Assembly (NCBI RefSeq): GCF_054482595.1
Contig: NZ_CM137008.1
Reading direction: 5' to 3' (one strand)
DNA: 64,000 bases
The translations under genes and the position numbers were made by a program. Of the stretch, positions 21,121-31,097 are shown one piece after another; position 1 is the first letter of the stretch; every line of letters begins with the position of its first letter. A model generated the notes under the pieces. It was not told the origin of the DNA and did not search any database. It saw nothing but the letters and a program-made list of their open reading frames with translations.

Positions 21121-21189
21121 GGCAAACAGGATGACTAAAAAAACACGTTTTTCCCCCGAAGTCCGTCAACGGGCAGTTCAATGCTTTGT
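21121..21189 (+). pseudogene. IS629/IS3411-like OrfA N-terminal fragment
   Basis: MTKKTRFSPEVRQRAVQCFVE followed by a stop; resembles the IS629-type OrfA N-terminus MTKNTRFSPEVRQRAV. Confidence 0.45.
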
Positions 21190-21602
21190 CGAATAAACAT
21201 TTACCTGAACGATTAACTGCAACGGCTATCCTTACCGACAATCAACGTCAATAAAAATCTGTACTGACTCGTCAGCACTGGGTTCGATCAGTAGGAACAT
21301 GAATTCAAAGGCCTCCTTGCTGAATCTCAAGACTCCTCCGATTCCAAAGATAAACCCCGTCTTAAGTTCGCTGGCCTGAAATTCGGTGACTATTGTCTAT
21401 ATCGGGATCACCACGGTTGTGTGATTAATCATCGTCGATCATAAAGCGTCTATGGATGTACTGCGGCGTTCCTGCTACTGGTGATCACCCTGTGGTTGTG
21501 CAATTCCAAACGGATGAAGCGAGAGTAACAGACATCACGCCGCAATCGGGGGCGGCGTGTAGACGTGGTTAATTACTATCAAATATATTAATCAGGCCGA
21601 TT

Positions 21603-23054
21603 CTATTTGCTTTCATTTATGGTTTCCATCATGAGCTGTTGCTGCTTTTCTTTGGACAGTCGAGCGATACCAAAGCCTGTGAACCCCCACAGCGTCGCAA
21701 AGAAAATGCCACTCCAGCAGAGAATAGCCCACGGAAGATAGCTTAATGTAGCAACGCCAAGTGTACCTGCCATGTAGGCACCCGCGGCAGTCCAGGGCAG
21801 AATTGGTTCAAATATGGTGGCAGAGTCTTCTACAGTCCTTGCCAGATTTTTTGGATGTAGGCCGCGCTCAATATAAGCACTTCGTAGCATTTCAATCGGA
21901 ATCAGGATTGATATCTGACCATTACAGGTCACGCTAATCATTGTTAAACCACAGGCAATAGTCGCAAGAATCATGGTTCCTGTGGAATGAACTAATTTGA
22001 GCAGATTATGGACGATGACTTCTAAAGCGCCGCTCAAGGCTAATGTTCCTGCAAATGAAAGGGCGCAGAAACAAATAAGCAACGTACTCATCATCGAGTT
22101 CATGCCACCGCGGTTTAACAAATTACCTAATAGCGGATTAACATCTTTATCGGTAAGCATTGAAACGTTAAATCCGTCTACTGCACTTTTAACAATGTCG
22201 TGTAGTGCGAACCCCTGAATAACGCTGGCGTTGATCATGGCTACCAGTGCCGAAACAAGCATAATTGGAATGGTTGGTTTCTTGGTAATCGAACCGTACA
22301 GGACAATGGCAATGGGTAGCAATAACAATAAATTAAAATGATAAATTCCTTTTAATCCTTCAGTGATTAGCTGAATTTTTTCGGGAATGGTTGAGCCGCC
22401 GAGCTCGCCATTCATCCCATAGAGCGTCATAACAAAGGCTGACAGTATCAATGAAGGAAGGGTTGTATAAAGTAAATGAGCGATGTGTTCATAGAGATCT
22501 ATCTGGGCTGCCATTGCGGCTAAGTTAGTATCACCAGAAAGGGGAGACAGTTTGTCCCCGAAGTAAGCCCCTGCCACAATAGCGCCTGCAGTTGCTGCCA
22601 GATTAGCCTCCATTCCGATAGCCACACCCATAAACGCAACACCGACGGTGCCTGCGGATCCCCAGGATGTCCCTGTGCATACAGAAACGACGGCAGTAAC
22701 GAGCAGGGCCGTCACATAGATCATGGAAGGATTTATCAGAATAAGGCCGTAATAAATCATCAGCGGAATAGTACCGCCTATCATCCATGTCCCAATCAGG
22801 AGGCCCACGCTGATCAAAATTAGCAGAGCAGGCATTGTTTTAGCGATTTTCTGCGATATTGATTCAAGGATTGCATTGTAGCCATACCCCAACCGCTTAA
22901 CTAACAGTGCAGCAATGACGGTTGAAAGAACCATTAATGGCTCAGGTGGCAGATCGAATGCCGCATAACCAAATCCCAGCAATAGTATCATCGCTAGTAT
23001 TGGTAATAATGATTCCACCAGAGTTGGGGATCTTGGAGTATTGTTATTATTCAT
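21603..23054 (-). CDS. NhaC-family Na+/H+ antiporter-type transporter (possible amino-acid or organic-acid carrier)
   Basis: ~480-aa polytopic membrane protein with NhaC-like topology; likely start MNNNNTPRSP at 23054, immediately after the stop of the upstream C-S lyase; low GC. Confidence 0.7.
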   Translation of the reverse strand: MNNNNTPRSPTLVESLLPILAMILLLGFGYAAFDLPPEPLMVLSTVIAALLVKRLGYGYNAILESISQKIAKTMPALLILISVGLLIGTWMIGGTIPLMIYYGLILINPSMIYVTALLVTAVVSVCTGTSWGSAGTVGVAFMGVAIGMEANLAATAGAIVAGAYFGDKLSPLSGDTNLAAMAAQIDLYEHIAHLLYTTLPSLILSAFVMTLYGMNGELGGSTIPEKIQLITEGLKGIYHFNLLLLLPIAIVLYGSITKKPTIPIMLVSALVAMINASVIQGFALHDIVKSAVDGFNVSMLTDKDVNPLLGNLLNRGGMNSMMSTLLICFCALSFAGTLALSGALEVIVHNLLKLVHSTGTMILATIACGLTMISVTCNGQISILIPIEMLRSAYIERGLHPKNLARTVEDSATIFEPILPWTAAGAYMAGTLGVATLSYLPWAILCWSGIFFATLWGFTGFGIARLSKEKQQQLMMETINESK

Positions 23055-24225
23055 GAAGGGAAACTCCTGTAGTGAAGGGGATGCTCTGATAAATCCGTTC
23101 AAATGCTTGTGTAAGATTGCTTCTCGGCGTGGCTATGTTCACACGGAAAAAACCAAGTCCTTCATCGCCAAAATCTGATCCCCAGCTCATCTCAACACCT
23201 GCGAGCGAGACAAACCAATGGCGTAGTTGCTCTTCGCTGATGTTCATTGCCCGGTAGTCGATCCACAACATGTAAGTTCCGCCACCAGAGGCGACAAACC
23301 AGTCTGGAAAATGAGCTTGGCAGAATGATTGAACCCAGCTCCTGTTTTCGACCAAATAATCTTTTAATGCTGCTAACCAAGAATCGCCATGGCGGTAAGC
23401 ACAGAGAAATGCAGGAACAGAGAAATAACCAGGATTATGGATACCTGCTGCAATAAGAGCTAATTTAAACTGTTCACGATATTTATCGTTAGCAATAACA
23501 ATATTTGCGATTTCAAGTCCGGCCATATTAAAAGTTTTTGCTGGAGATGTACAAATAAACGAGTTTTGTGCAACGTATGAGCTTATAGAAGAAATTGTTT
23601 GATGTTGTTTTTGGGTGAAGTTGAAGTCTGCATGAACATCATCAGAAATAATAAAAACATTATATTTTTCTGCTAATGAAGCTATTTTCCTTAGATTGTC
23701 TTCTGACCAGATTGTTCCTGTTGGATTATGCGGCGATATTAGAATGAAACAACAAGCCATTTTAAACTTATCTTCGAGATCCGCAAAGTCTATTTCATAG
23801 TGGTGGTCACGATAAAGTAACGCACTTTCCAGCAATACTCGATGGTTGACTTCAACTGCATGACTAATAGGATGATAGGCTGGTGCCAGGCTGACAATAG
23901 CATCTCCCGGTTGGGTAAAGTTCTGGATAAATAATGAGACGGCCTGTACTACCCGTGGGCAAAAAACAATGTGTTCAGGGTTGACCTTCCACGAGTAATG
24001 GCGTTGATACCACTGTGCTGCCACTTGCTGCCAGTCATCACTTAATAATGTATAACCGTAGATACCTTTCTGATTTGCGACAGATAATTCAGAAACTATA
24101 AAATCAGCTACAGGAATATCCATATCAGCTACAGACAGGGGAATGATGTCACGCCCCTTGTTATTATATTTAGCGCTATAGGTTCCGTCGCGTGAAATAA
24201 CTTTATCAAAATTATAAACTTTCAT
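23047..24225 (-). CDS. PLP-dependent aminotransferase class I/II enzyme, PatB/MalY-type cysteine-S-conjugate / cystathionine beta-lyase
   Basis: Likely start MKVYNFDKVISRDGTYSAKYN; typical MalY/PatB features (SVADMDIP, aminotransferase fold); first gene of a low-GC minus-strand cluster. Confidence 0.75.
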   Translation of the reverse strand: MKVYNFDKVISRDGTYSAKYNNKGRDIIPLSVADMDIPVADFIVSELSVANQKGIYGYTLLSDDWQQVAAQWYQRHYSWKVNPEHIVFCPRVVQAVSLFIQNFTQPGDAIVSLAPAYHPISHAVEVNHRVLLESALLYRDHHYEIDFADLEDKFKMACCFILISPHNPTGTIWSEDNLRKIASLAEKYNVFIISDDVHADFNFTQKQHQTISSISSYVAQNSFICTSPAKTFNMAGLEIANIVIANDKYREQFKLALIAAGIHNPGYFSVPAFLCAYRHGDSWLAALKDYLVENRSWVQSFCQAHFPDWFVASGGGTYMLWIDYRAMNISEEQLRHWFVSLAGVEMSWGSDFGDEGLGFFRVNIATPRSNLTQAFERIYQSIPFTTGVSLHE

Positions 24226-24657
24226 ATTTGTTACTCGCCCGGTTTTATCGTTAGGGTAATGTAATATTTCGAGGGAGGAAGTGTTATTCTGTATTTTGTT
24301 TTCGTTATTATGAAAATTTGCATATGTGATGTTTATCACAAAGATGTTAACTATCTGTCAATAAAAAGACTCCAGCAAATGTAAACGTTTTACATCGCTT
24401 AAGCCTATGGAATTTACATAAAAAAAGGGCGTGCCGAGTCTTTCGACCCAATCATTATCTCGGTAACTCCATTCACAAGAGCAGGAAATAACCTCTTCAA
24501 CAAATAACAGACTGATGCCTGCGAGCGCGCTCCCCAGGTTTCCGGGCTGAAAGTACCGCCGCACTCGTTTAACGCGGAACAGTCTGTGTTGGCGGTTTAA
24601 TGGTGGATGTTGCTGTAGACCACAACTGATGAGGCAACGGAGTTTACCGTGATGATT

Positions 24658-25839
24658 CCTATTTATCATTTTCTGGTCAGTGCCGCGATTCTGGTATTCA
24701 TGGTGATTTTCTGTCAGACACGCCATCGCGACCACCGTAACTGGCTGGCTCTGCTGCTATTCGTATTATGATCTGTAAACAGCTGGCCATTGCGGATGGT
24801 TAAAGGAACAATTGTGGGGACAACTGACACATTGCGTAAAATGCAGCGTTATGAACAACTGAGTCAGCACGGGGCTGACAGCTGGAAAATCCTGCTGGGA
24901 GCACCGTTATATGACACGATTGTTATTGTCACTAGTGAGAGTGTGCGCAGGAATTATATGACAGCGTATGGCTATCCCGTATCAACCACACCGTGGCTGA
25001 ATATGGCACCCGGTTTATTTATTGACGGTTATAACTCGACAGCCTCCAGTACTGTGCCTTCCCTGAGCCGGACACTGATTTATGACTATGAGCAGCCCCC
25101 TGATTCCGACAACAACGTGGTGGCGCTGGCAGCAAAAGCAGGATACAGCACATAGTGGATATCCAATCAGGGAAAACTGGGGGAGTATGACACACGCATC
25201 TCTGTTATTGCTTCTGATGCGGAGCATACCGCTTTCCTCAAGAAAGGCAGCTTCGCTTCCCGTAAAACAGATGACAAACTGTTGTTACAGGAAACAGAAC
25301 GTGCGCTGGCGGATACATCCTCTCCGAAGATAATTTTCCTGCACATGATGGGTTCTCATCCAAATCCGTGTGACAGCCTTAACTCCTGGCCGAATAATTA
25401 CCTGGAGCAGTATCCCCGAAAAATTGCCTGTTACCTCGCCAGCATCAGTAAACTGGATAACTTTCTTGGCCAGCTTGATGGTATCCTTCGCCGGTACTCA
25501 CGTCATTTCGCCATGCTTTACTTTTCTGGCCTTGGGCTGTCGGTCAGCGACAGTGCTAATCCTGTTCATCATGATGGTCATGTGCAGGGGGGCTACAGCG
25601 TTCCCCTGATTATTACCGCCAGTGACATCACGTCTCATCAGTCCGTCAGCAGGAAAATCAATGCCCGTAATTTCGCAGGCATTTTTCAGTGGCTGACCGG
25701 TATTCGTACCGAAAATATAACGCCATTCAATCCGCTGACAGACGAAGATAATGAACCCGTTATGGTTTTTAACGGAGAGAAAAATGTGCCGGCAGACAGT
25801 CTGAAACCGCAGCCACTTATTCTTCCGGACCACAGGTAA
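24658..25839 (+). pseudogene. Phosphoethanolamine transferase (sulfatase-family, EptA/YhbX-like) pseudogene, truncated and frameshifted
   Basis: Two adjacent ORFs in different frames (24790-25155 and 25282-25839) carry sulfatase-domain motifs (YGYPVSTTPWLN; IIFLHMMGSHPNP); a short transmembrane peptide is encoded just upstream; the N-terminal membrane domain is missing. Confidence 0.55.
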
Positions 25840-26162
25840 TCATATATGGCAAACTGTAATACAGTCTCTTGTACTGAAAAGGATTCTGTATAGAATAGAA
25901 CCTGTATTCATATCAGCACAAGGGACCACCAAATCCCGGCAACATTCCTTACGTCAGTTATCCCGCATCACCCTGTGGGTGCGGGATTTTTTATGATGTT
26001 TCTTTTTATTGAATATATATAAATAACGAATAACTGCGGATTCTGATAATCCACCTGCAGGGAGCAATCCGGTAAACATTTAATACATCAGTTAATATCG
26101 TTTTGCCTTTTTAACAAAGAAAATATTCATGGAGTAAGTTCCCGGGCATTTGCCCGGGATGA

Positions 26163-27428
26163 TTACTGTTTTAATGGATTATTAATCTTTGCATATTCAA
26201 ATGGACTGATAAATTTTTCTCTGTTTGCATCCAGAAAATCGGCCCACCATTGTAGCATCAAGCGGCGTTCTTCCAGATGCTCTGCTTTATGAATGTAAGC
26301 AGCACGTACACCGTTACGTTCCTGATGGCTCATCTGACGTTCCACAGCATCGCGGGACCACAAACCTGATTCAATCAATGCACTGCACGCCATCGCCCGG
26401 AATCCATGGCCACAGACTTCCTGGGTTGTGTCATACCCCATCACCCTCAGGGCTTTATTTACAGTATTTTCACTGATTGGTTTACGCGGGTCATGTGCAC
26501 CCGTAAATATCAGACCATTTTCACCTGCCCATGTCTGAAGTTCTGTCAGTATGGCTACAGCCTGTTTGCTGAGTGGCACAAGATGTGGTGTTCGCATCTT
26601 GGAGCCCCGGTGTGAGAATTTTACGCCTGGCAGAGGTTCGCGTTCGGCTGGAATAGTCCACTTGGCATTGTCAATATCAATTTCAGACCAGCGGGCATAT
26701 CTGAGTTCACTGGAACGAATAAAAACCAGTAAATTCAGCATAACTGCCAGTCGGGTGACAGGCTGGCCTTTATAACCGTCAATACGCGACAGAAGTTCAG
26801 GCAAGCGTGAAAGATCCAGAGCAGGGCGATGCTGGCGTTTTACCGTGGTCAATGCACCAGCCATATCCAGAGCCGGGTTATATCTGATGATGCCTGACTG
26901 TACGGCATAACGCATTACAGCAGATATTCTTTGCTGCAGACGACTGGCGATTTCATAAATTTGTTTTGCTTCTGCAGCACGAACAGGGATAAGCAGATCC
27001 GGGGTATTGAGTGTTGTGATATCCCGGTTGCCGATAAAGGGGAAAACGTGTGTCTCGAGGCTTTTGAGTACTTTATCGCTGTGTGATTGTGCCCATTGTT
27101 TATTACTGGCATGCCAGCGTCGTGCAATATGTTCAAAAGAGAGCTGTAAATCAGGGACAACTTTTTTAACTCTTTTCTGTTCGCAAGGGTCAATCCCTTC
27201 TGAAATCAGTTTTCGGGCCTCATCCCGTTTTGTACGAGCTTCGGAGAGAGAAACTTCTGGATACACACCAAGTGCCAGAGTCTTCTCCTTACCCAGAATA
27301 CGATAACGGAGACGCCAGTAACGGGAACCATTAGGATGAACCAGCAGGAACATGCCGGCCCCGTCAGTGAGTTTATAAGCCTTGTCAGTGGGCTTTGCAG
27401 CCCGGATTTTTGCGTCAGTCAGTGCCAT
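26163..27428 (-). CDS. int: Tyrosine site-specific integrase, P4-type (island integrase)
   Basis: 421-aa protein with the P4-integrase N-terminus MALTDAKIRAAKPTDKAYKLTDGAGMFLLVHPNGSRYWRLRY and the C-terminal catalytic domain; lies ~200 bp from the 3' end of tRNA-Phe. Confidence 0.95.
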   Translation of the reverse strand: MALTDAKIRAAKPTDKAYKLTDGAGMFLLVHPNGSRYWRLRYRILGKEKTLALGVYPEVSLSEARTKRDEARKLISEGIDPCEQKRVKKVVPDLQLSFEHIARRWHASNKQWAQSHSDKVLKSLETHVFPFIGNRDITTLNTPDLLIPVRAAEAKQIYEIASRLQQRISAVMRYAVQSGIIRYNPALDMAGALTTVKRQHRPALDLSRLPELLSRIDGYKGQPVTRLAVMLNLLVFIRSSELRYARWSEIDIDNAKWTIPAEREPLPGVKFSHRGSKMRTPHLVPLSKQAVAILTELQTWAGENGLIFTGAHDPRKPISENTVNKALRVMGYDTTQEVCGHGFRAMACSALIESGLWSRDAVERQMSHQERNGVRAAYIHKAEHLEERRLMLQWWADFLDANREKFISPFEYAKINNPLKQ

Positions 27429-27625
27429 AGTTCAGCCTTCTGAATGCGTTAAAGAGGGTACAAATTCTGTCGAACTGGGGTATACCCGCAATTATACCCA
27501 CACAATGAGGTTGATGTGGGGGGAATCTGGTTGAGTTCGGTAGAATTGATTTGGAGGCAGAACGCTTAAATTGTGGCGTTCTGAAACGAAAAACGGACCT
27601 CCGTGGAGGTCCGTTGATATGAATT

Positions 27626-27701
27626 TGGTGCCCGGACTCGGAATCGAACCAAGGACACGGGGATTTTCAATCCCCTGCTCTACCGACTGAGCTATCCGGG
27701 C
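27626..27701 (-). tRNA. pheV: tRNA-Phe (GAA)
   Basis: Reverse complement reads GCCCGGATAGCTCAGTCGGTAGAGCAGGGGATTGAAAATCCCCGTGTCCTTGGTTCGATTCCGAGTCCGGGCACCA, which is E. coli tRNA-Phe with CCA end. Confidence 0.97.
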
Positions 27702-27806
27702 AACGGGGCGCATTAAACCTGATTCGCCTCGTCTCGTCAATCAAATTTCTTCAATTTACTGCAGACTGCACAATCTATCATCACTTTGCCGCTATTGCAC
27801 GCATTG

Positions 27807-28514
27807 TCAGGCAAACCAGGCGGTCCAGGCGGCGGAAAGCGGCATTGCCAGAAGGAGTGCTGGAAGCATGTTGACCACCGGGAACATTTTAATGCCACAG
27901 ATGCGTAATCCGGTTGCCAGCAGCAATAAACCGCCTACGGCGCTGAAGTCTGCCATCATCGACGGTGTGGTCAGCGGTAATATCAGCGTGGCAGCCCACG
28001 CCAGCGTTAACTGGATGATCAGTAATGGGATACTAATCACCGATACCGCAATACCCAGCGAGCAGGCGAAGATCATCGCCGTAAAGAAATCAAGAAATGA
28101 CTTGGCGATTAAAATACTCGGATCGCCGGTCATCCCTTCGTTCATCGCCCCGAAGATCCCGGTGCCGCTGGCGCAAAACAGGACAATAATCGCGACATAA
28201 TTCTGAATAAAAGATTCATGCGCTGGCTTCTTACGTGAGTGACGAAACAGATTTTGTGCTTTGGCGACCGCTGTATTGACGCCTTTCTCCAGCAGACAAA
28301 TTTCGCCGATTAATGCTCCGAGTAAGGTTGCTAAAACCATCGCCGGAAGGTTGGCGCATTTCACCACCAGTAAAATACCAATCCCCAGCGATGCCAGACC
28401 AAAAATTGATGTCATGGAGACGCGGATACGTTCCGGTAAGCGTTGGCTAAGCAGTGCACCGAGCATGCCACCCAGTAATATTGCACTTGCGTTGATAAAA
28501 GGGCCGATGACCAC
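27807..28514 (-). CDS. yqgA: DUF554 inner-membrane protein YqgA
   Basis: 235-aa membrane protein; matches K-12 YqgA and its position next to pheV. Confidence 0.9.
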   Translation of the reverse strand: MVIGPFINASAILLGGMLGALLSQRLPERIRVSMTSIFGLASLGIGILLVVKCANLPAMVLATLLGALIGEICLLEKGVNTAVAKAQNLFRHSRKKPAHESFIQNYVAIIVLFCASGTGIFGAMNEGMTGDPSILIAKSFLDFFTAMIFACSLGIAVSVISIPLLIIQLTLAWAATLILPLTTPSMMADFSAVGGLLLLATGLRICGIKMFPVVNMLPALLLAMPLSAAWTAWFA

Positions 28515-28912
28515 AAGAGTTCCTGTTAACTGTATTGTTTGATTTTCTTATTATGAACTTTTTGCCTTGTTGATGGCTTGTCTAGTCGCAAAGTCCTGGC
28601 TTGCACGCCTTAGCGAAAGGTGCCATGATTGCGCGAATTTTCTCCTCTCTGTACGGAGTTTGCCCGATGCACGCCATCTCCTTACATTCTCTCGCTTATC
28701 GCCGTTTCGCGCGAAACCCTTCTCTTTTTATGCTACTGCTCATGCGGTGAAGTTAACGCACGTTCACTGCAGGACAACAGTAAAATCAGAGCGTTTCTGC
28801 TTTTACTGATGTCTGGCGGTCGGAGCTGGTGACCAGTTTGACCCATATCTCATGGGGCAGGGTTTTACACCTTGTCCGGTATTCTTACTTCCCCGAAACG
28901 GGTTTTGCGCTT

Positions 28913-31048
28913 ATGAAATCAATGAATATTGCCGCCAGTAGTGAACTGGTATCCCGACTTTCTACTCATCGCCGCGTGGTGGCGTTGGGAGATACTGATT
29001 TTACGGACGTCGCGGCAGTCGTCATTACCGCTGCGGATAGTCGCAGTGGCATTCTTACGTTGCTTAAGCGCACCGGTTTTCATCTACCGGTGTTTTTGTA
29101 TTCCGAACATGCTGTTGAATTACCTGCGGGCGTTACGGCGGTAATCAACGGCAACGAGCAGCATTGGCTGGAGCTGGAATCCGCAGCCTGTCAGTATGAA
29201 GAGAATTTGCTGCCACCGTTTTATGACACGCTGACGCAGTACGTTGAGATGGGCAACAGCACCTTTGCTTGCCCTGGGCATCAACATGGTGCGTTTTTTA
29301 AAAAGCATCCTGCCGGACGCCATTTTTACGATTTCTTTGGTGAGAACGTCTTTCGCGCCGATATGTGTAATGCTGACGTAAAATTGGGCGATCTGCTTAT
29401 TCATGAAGGATCGGCGAAAGATGCGCAGAAATTCGCAGCCAAAGTCTTTCATGCCGATAAAACCTATTTTGTACTGAACGGCACATCGGCAGCGAATAAA
29501 GTGGTGACGAATGCGCTATTAACGCGTGGCGATCTGGTGCTCTTCGACCGTAACAACCATAAGTCGAATCATCACGGCGCGCTGATTCAGGCGGGGGCGA
29601 CGCCGGTCTATCTGGAAGCTTCACGCAACCCGTTTGGTTTCATTGGCGGTATTGATGCGCACTGTTTTAATGAAGAGTATCTGCGCCAGCAAATTCGCGA
29701 CGTTGCGCCAGAAAAAGCCGACCTGCCGCGCCCGTTTCGCCTGGCGATTATTCAGCTGGGAACCTATGACGGCACTGTCTATAACGCCCGTCAGGTGATC
29801 GATACCATTGGGCATCTGTGTGATTACATTCTGTTTGATTCCGCGTGGGTCGGTTACGAACAGTTTATCCCGATGATGGCGGATAGCTCGCCGCTGCTGT
29901 TAGAACTTAACGAAAACGATCCAGGGATCTTTGTGACTCAGTCGGTGCACAAACAGCAGGCGGGATTCTCACAGACGTCGCAGATCCATAAAAAAGATAA
30001 CCATATCCGCGGACAGGCGCGTTTTTGCCCGCATAAGCGGTTGAATAACGCCTTTATGCTCCATGCTTCTACCAGCCCTTTCTATCCGCTGTTTGCTGCA
30101 CTGGATGTTAACGCCAAAATTCATGAAGGGGAGAGTGGGCGTCGGCTGTGGGCTGAGTGCGTTGAGTTGGGTATTGAGTCGCGCAAGGCTATTCTTGCGC
30201 GCTGTAAGCTGTTCCGCCCGTTTATCCCGCCCGTTGTTGATGGCAAATTGTGGCAGGATTATCCGACATCAGTGTTAGCCAGCGACCGCCGTTTTTTCAG
30301 TTTTGAGCCGGGGGCGAAGTGGCACGGCTTTGAAGGATATGCCGCGGATCAGTATTTTGTTGATCCGTGCAAGCTGTTACTCACTACACCAGGTATCGAT
30401 GCCGAAACCGGCGAGTATAGCGACTTTGGCGTTCCGGCGACGATTCTGGCGCACTATCTGCGTGAGAACGGCATTGTGCCGGAGAAGTGCGATCTCAACT
30501 CCATTCTGTTCTTATTAACTCCGGCGGAAAGCCAAGAGAAGCTGGCACAACTGGTGGCGATGCTGGCGCAATTTGAACAGCATATTGAGGATGACTCGCC
30601 GCTGGCTGAGGTGTTGCCGAGCGTTTATAACAAATATCCGGTGCGCTATCGCGACTACACCCTGCGCCAGTTGTGTCAGGAGATGCACGATCTGTATGTC
30701 AGTTTCGACGTCAAAGACCTACAAAAAGCGATGTTCCGCCAGCAGAGTTTCCCGTCAGTGGTGATGAACCCCCAGGATGCGCATAGCGCTTATATTCGCG
30801 GTGACGTGGAGTTGGTGCGGATTCGTGATGCCGAAGGGCGAATTGCGGTAGAAGGGGCGTTGCCTTATCCACCTGGCGTGCTTTGCGTGGTACCCGGGGA
30901 AGTCTGGGGTGGGGCGGTTCAACGTTATTTCCTTGCACTGGAAGAAGGGGTGAATTTGTTGCCGGGATTTTCGCCGGAGCTGCAAGGTGTTTATAGCGAA
31001 ACCGATGCGGATGGCATGAAACGGTTGTACGGTTATGTGTTGAAGTAA
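28913..31048 (+). CDS. speC: Ornithine decarboxylase, constitutive
   Basis: From MKSMNIAASSELVSRL...; full-length match to remembered SpeC (711 aa). Confidence 0.95.
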   Translation: MKSMNIAASSELVSRLSTHRRVVALGDTDFTDVAAVVITAADSRSGILTLLKRTGFHLPVFLYSEHAVELPAGVTAVINGNEQHWLELESAACQYEENLLPPFYDTLTQYVEMGNSTFACPGHQHGAFFKKHPAGRHFYDFFGENVFRADMCNADVKLGDLLIHEGSAKDAQKFAAKVFHADKTYFVLNGTSAANKVVTNALLTRGDLVLFDRNNHKSNHHGALIQAGATPVYLEASRNPFGFIGGIDAHCFNEEYLRQQIRDVAPEKADLPRPFRLAIIQLGTYDGTVYNARQVIDTIGHLCDYILFDSAWVGYEQFIPMMADSSPLLLELNENDPGIFVTQSVHKQQAGFSQTSQIHKKDNHIRGQARFCPHKRLNNAFMLHASTSPFYPLFAALDVNAKIHEGESGRRLWAECVELGIESRKAILARCKLFRPFIPPVVDGKLWQDYPTSVLASDRRFFSFEPGAKWHGFEGYAADQYFVDPCKLLLTTPGIDAETGEYSDFGVPATILAHYLRENGIVPEKCDLNSILFLLTPAESQEKLAQLVAMLAQFEQHIEDDSPLAEVLPSVYNKYPVRYRDYTLRQLCQEMHDLYVSFDVKDLQKAMFRQQSFPSVVMNPQDAHSAYIRGDVELVRIRDAEGRIAVEGALPYPPGVLCVVPGEVWGGAVQRYFLALEEGVNLLPGFSPELQGVYSETDADGMKRLYGYVLK

Positions 31049-31052
31049 GAAT

Positions 31053-31089
31053 AAAAAAAACGGGTCGCCTTCTGGCGACCCGTTTTTCT
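31053..31089. terminator. Bidirectional Rho-independent terminator between speC and nupG
   Basis: AAAAAAAA-CGGGTCGCC-ttct-GGCGACCCG-TTTTTC. Confidence 0.8.
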
Positions 31090-31097
31090 TTGCGTAA

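Noticed and set aside
27492-27740. 82-aa ORF overlapping the tRNA-Phe gene
   Set aside because: It covers the tRNA and the att region; the tRNA identification is unambiguous and the ORF has no coding signature.
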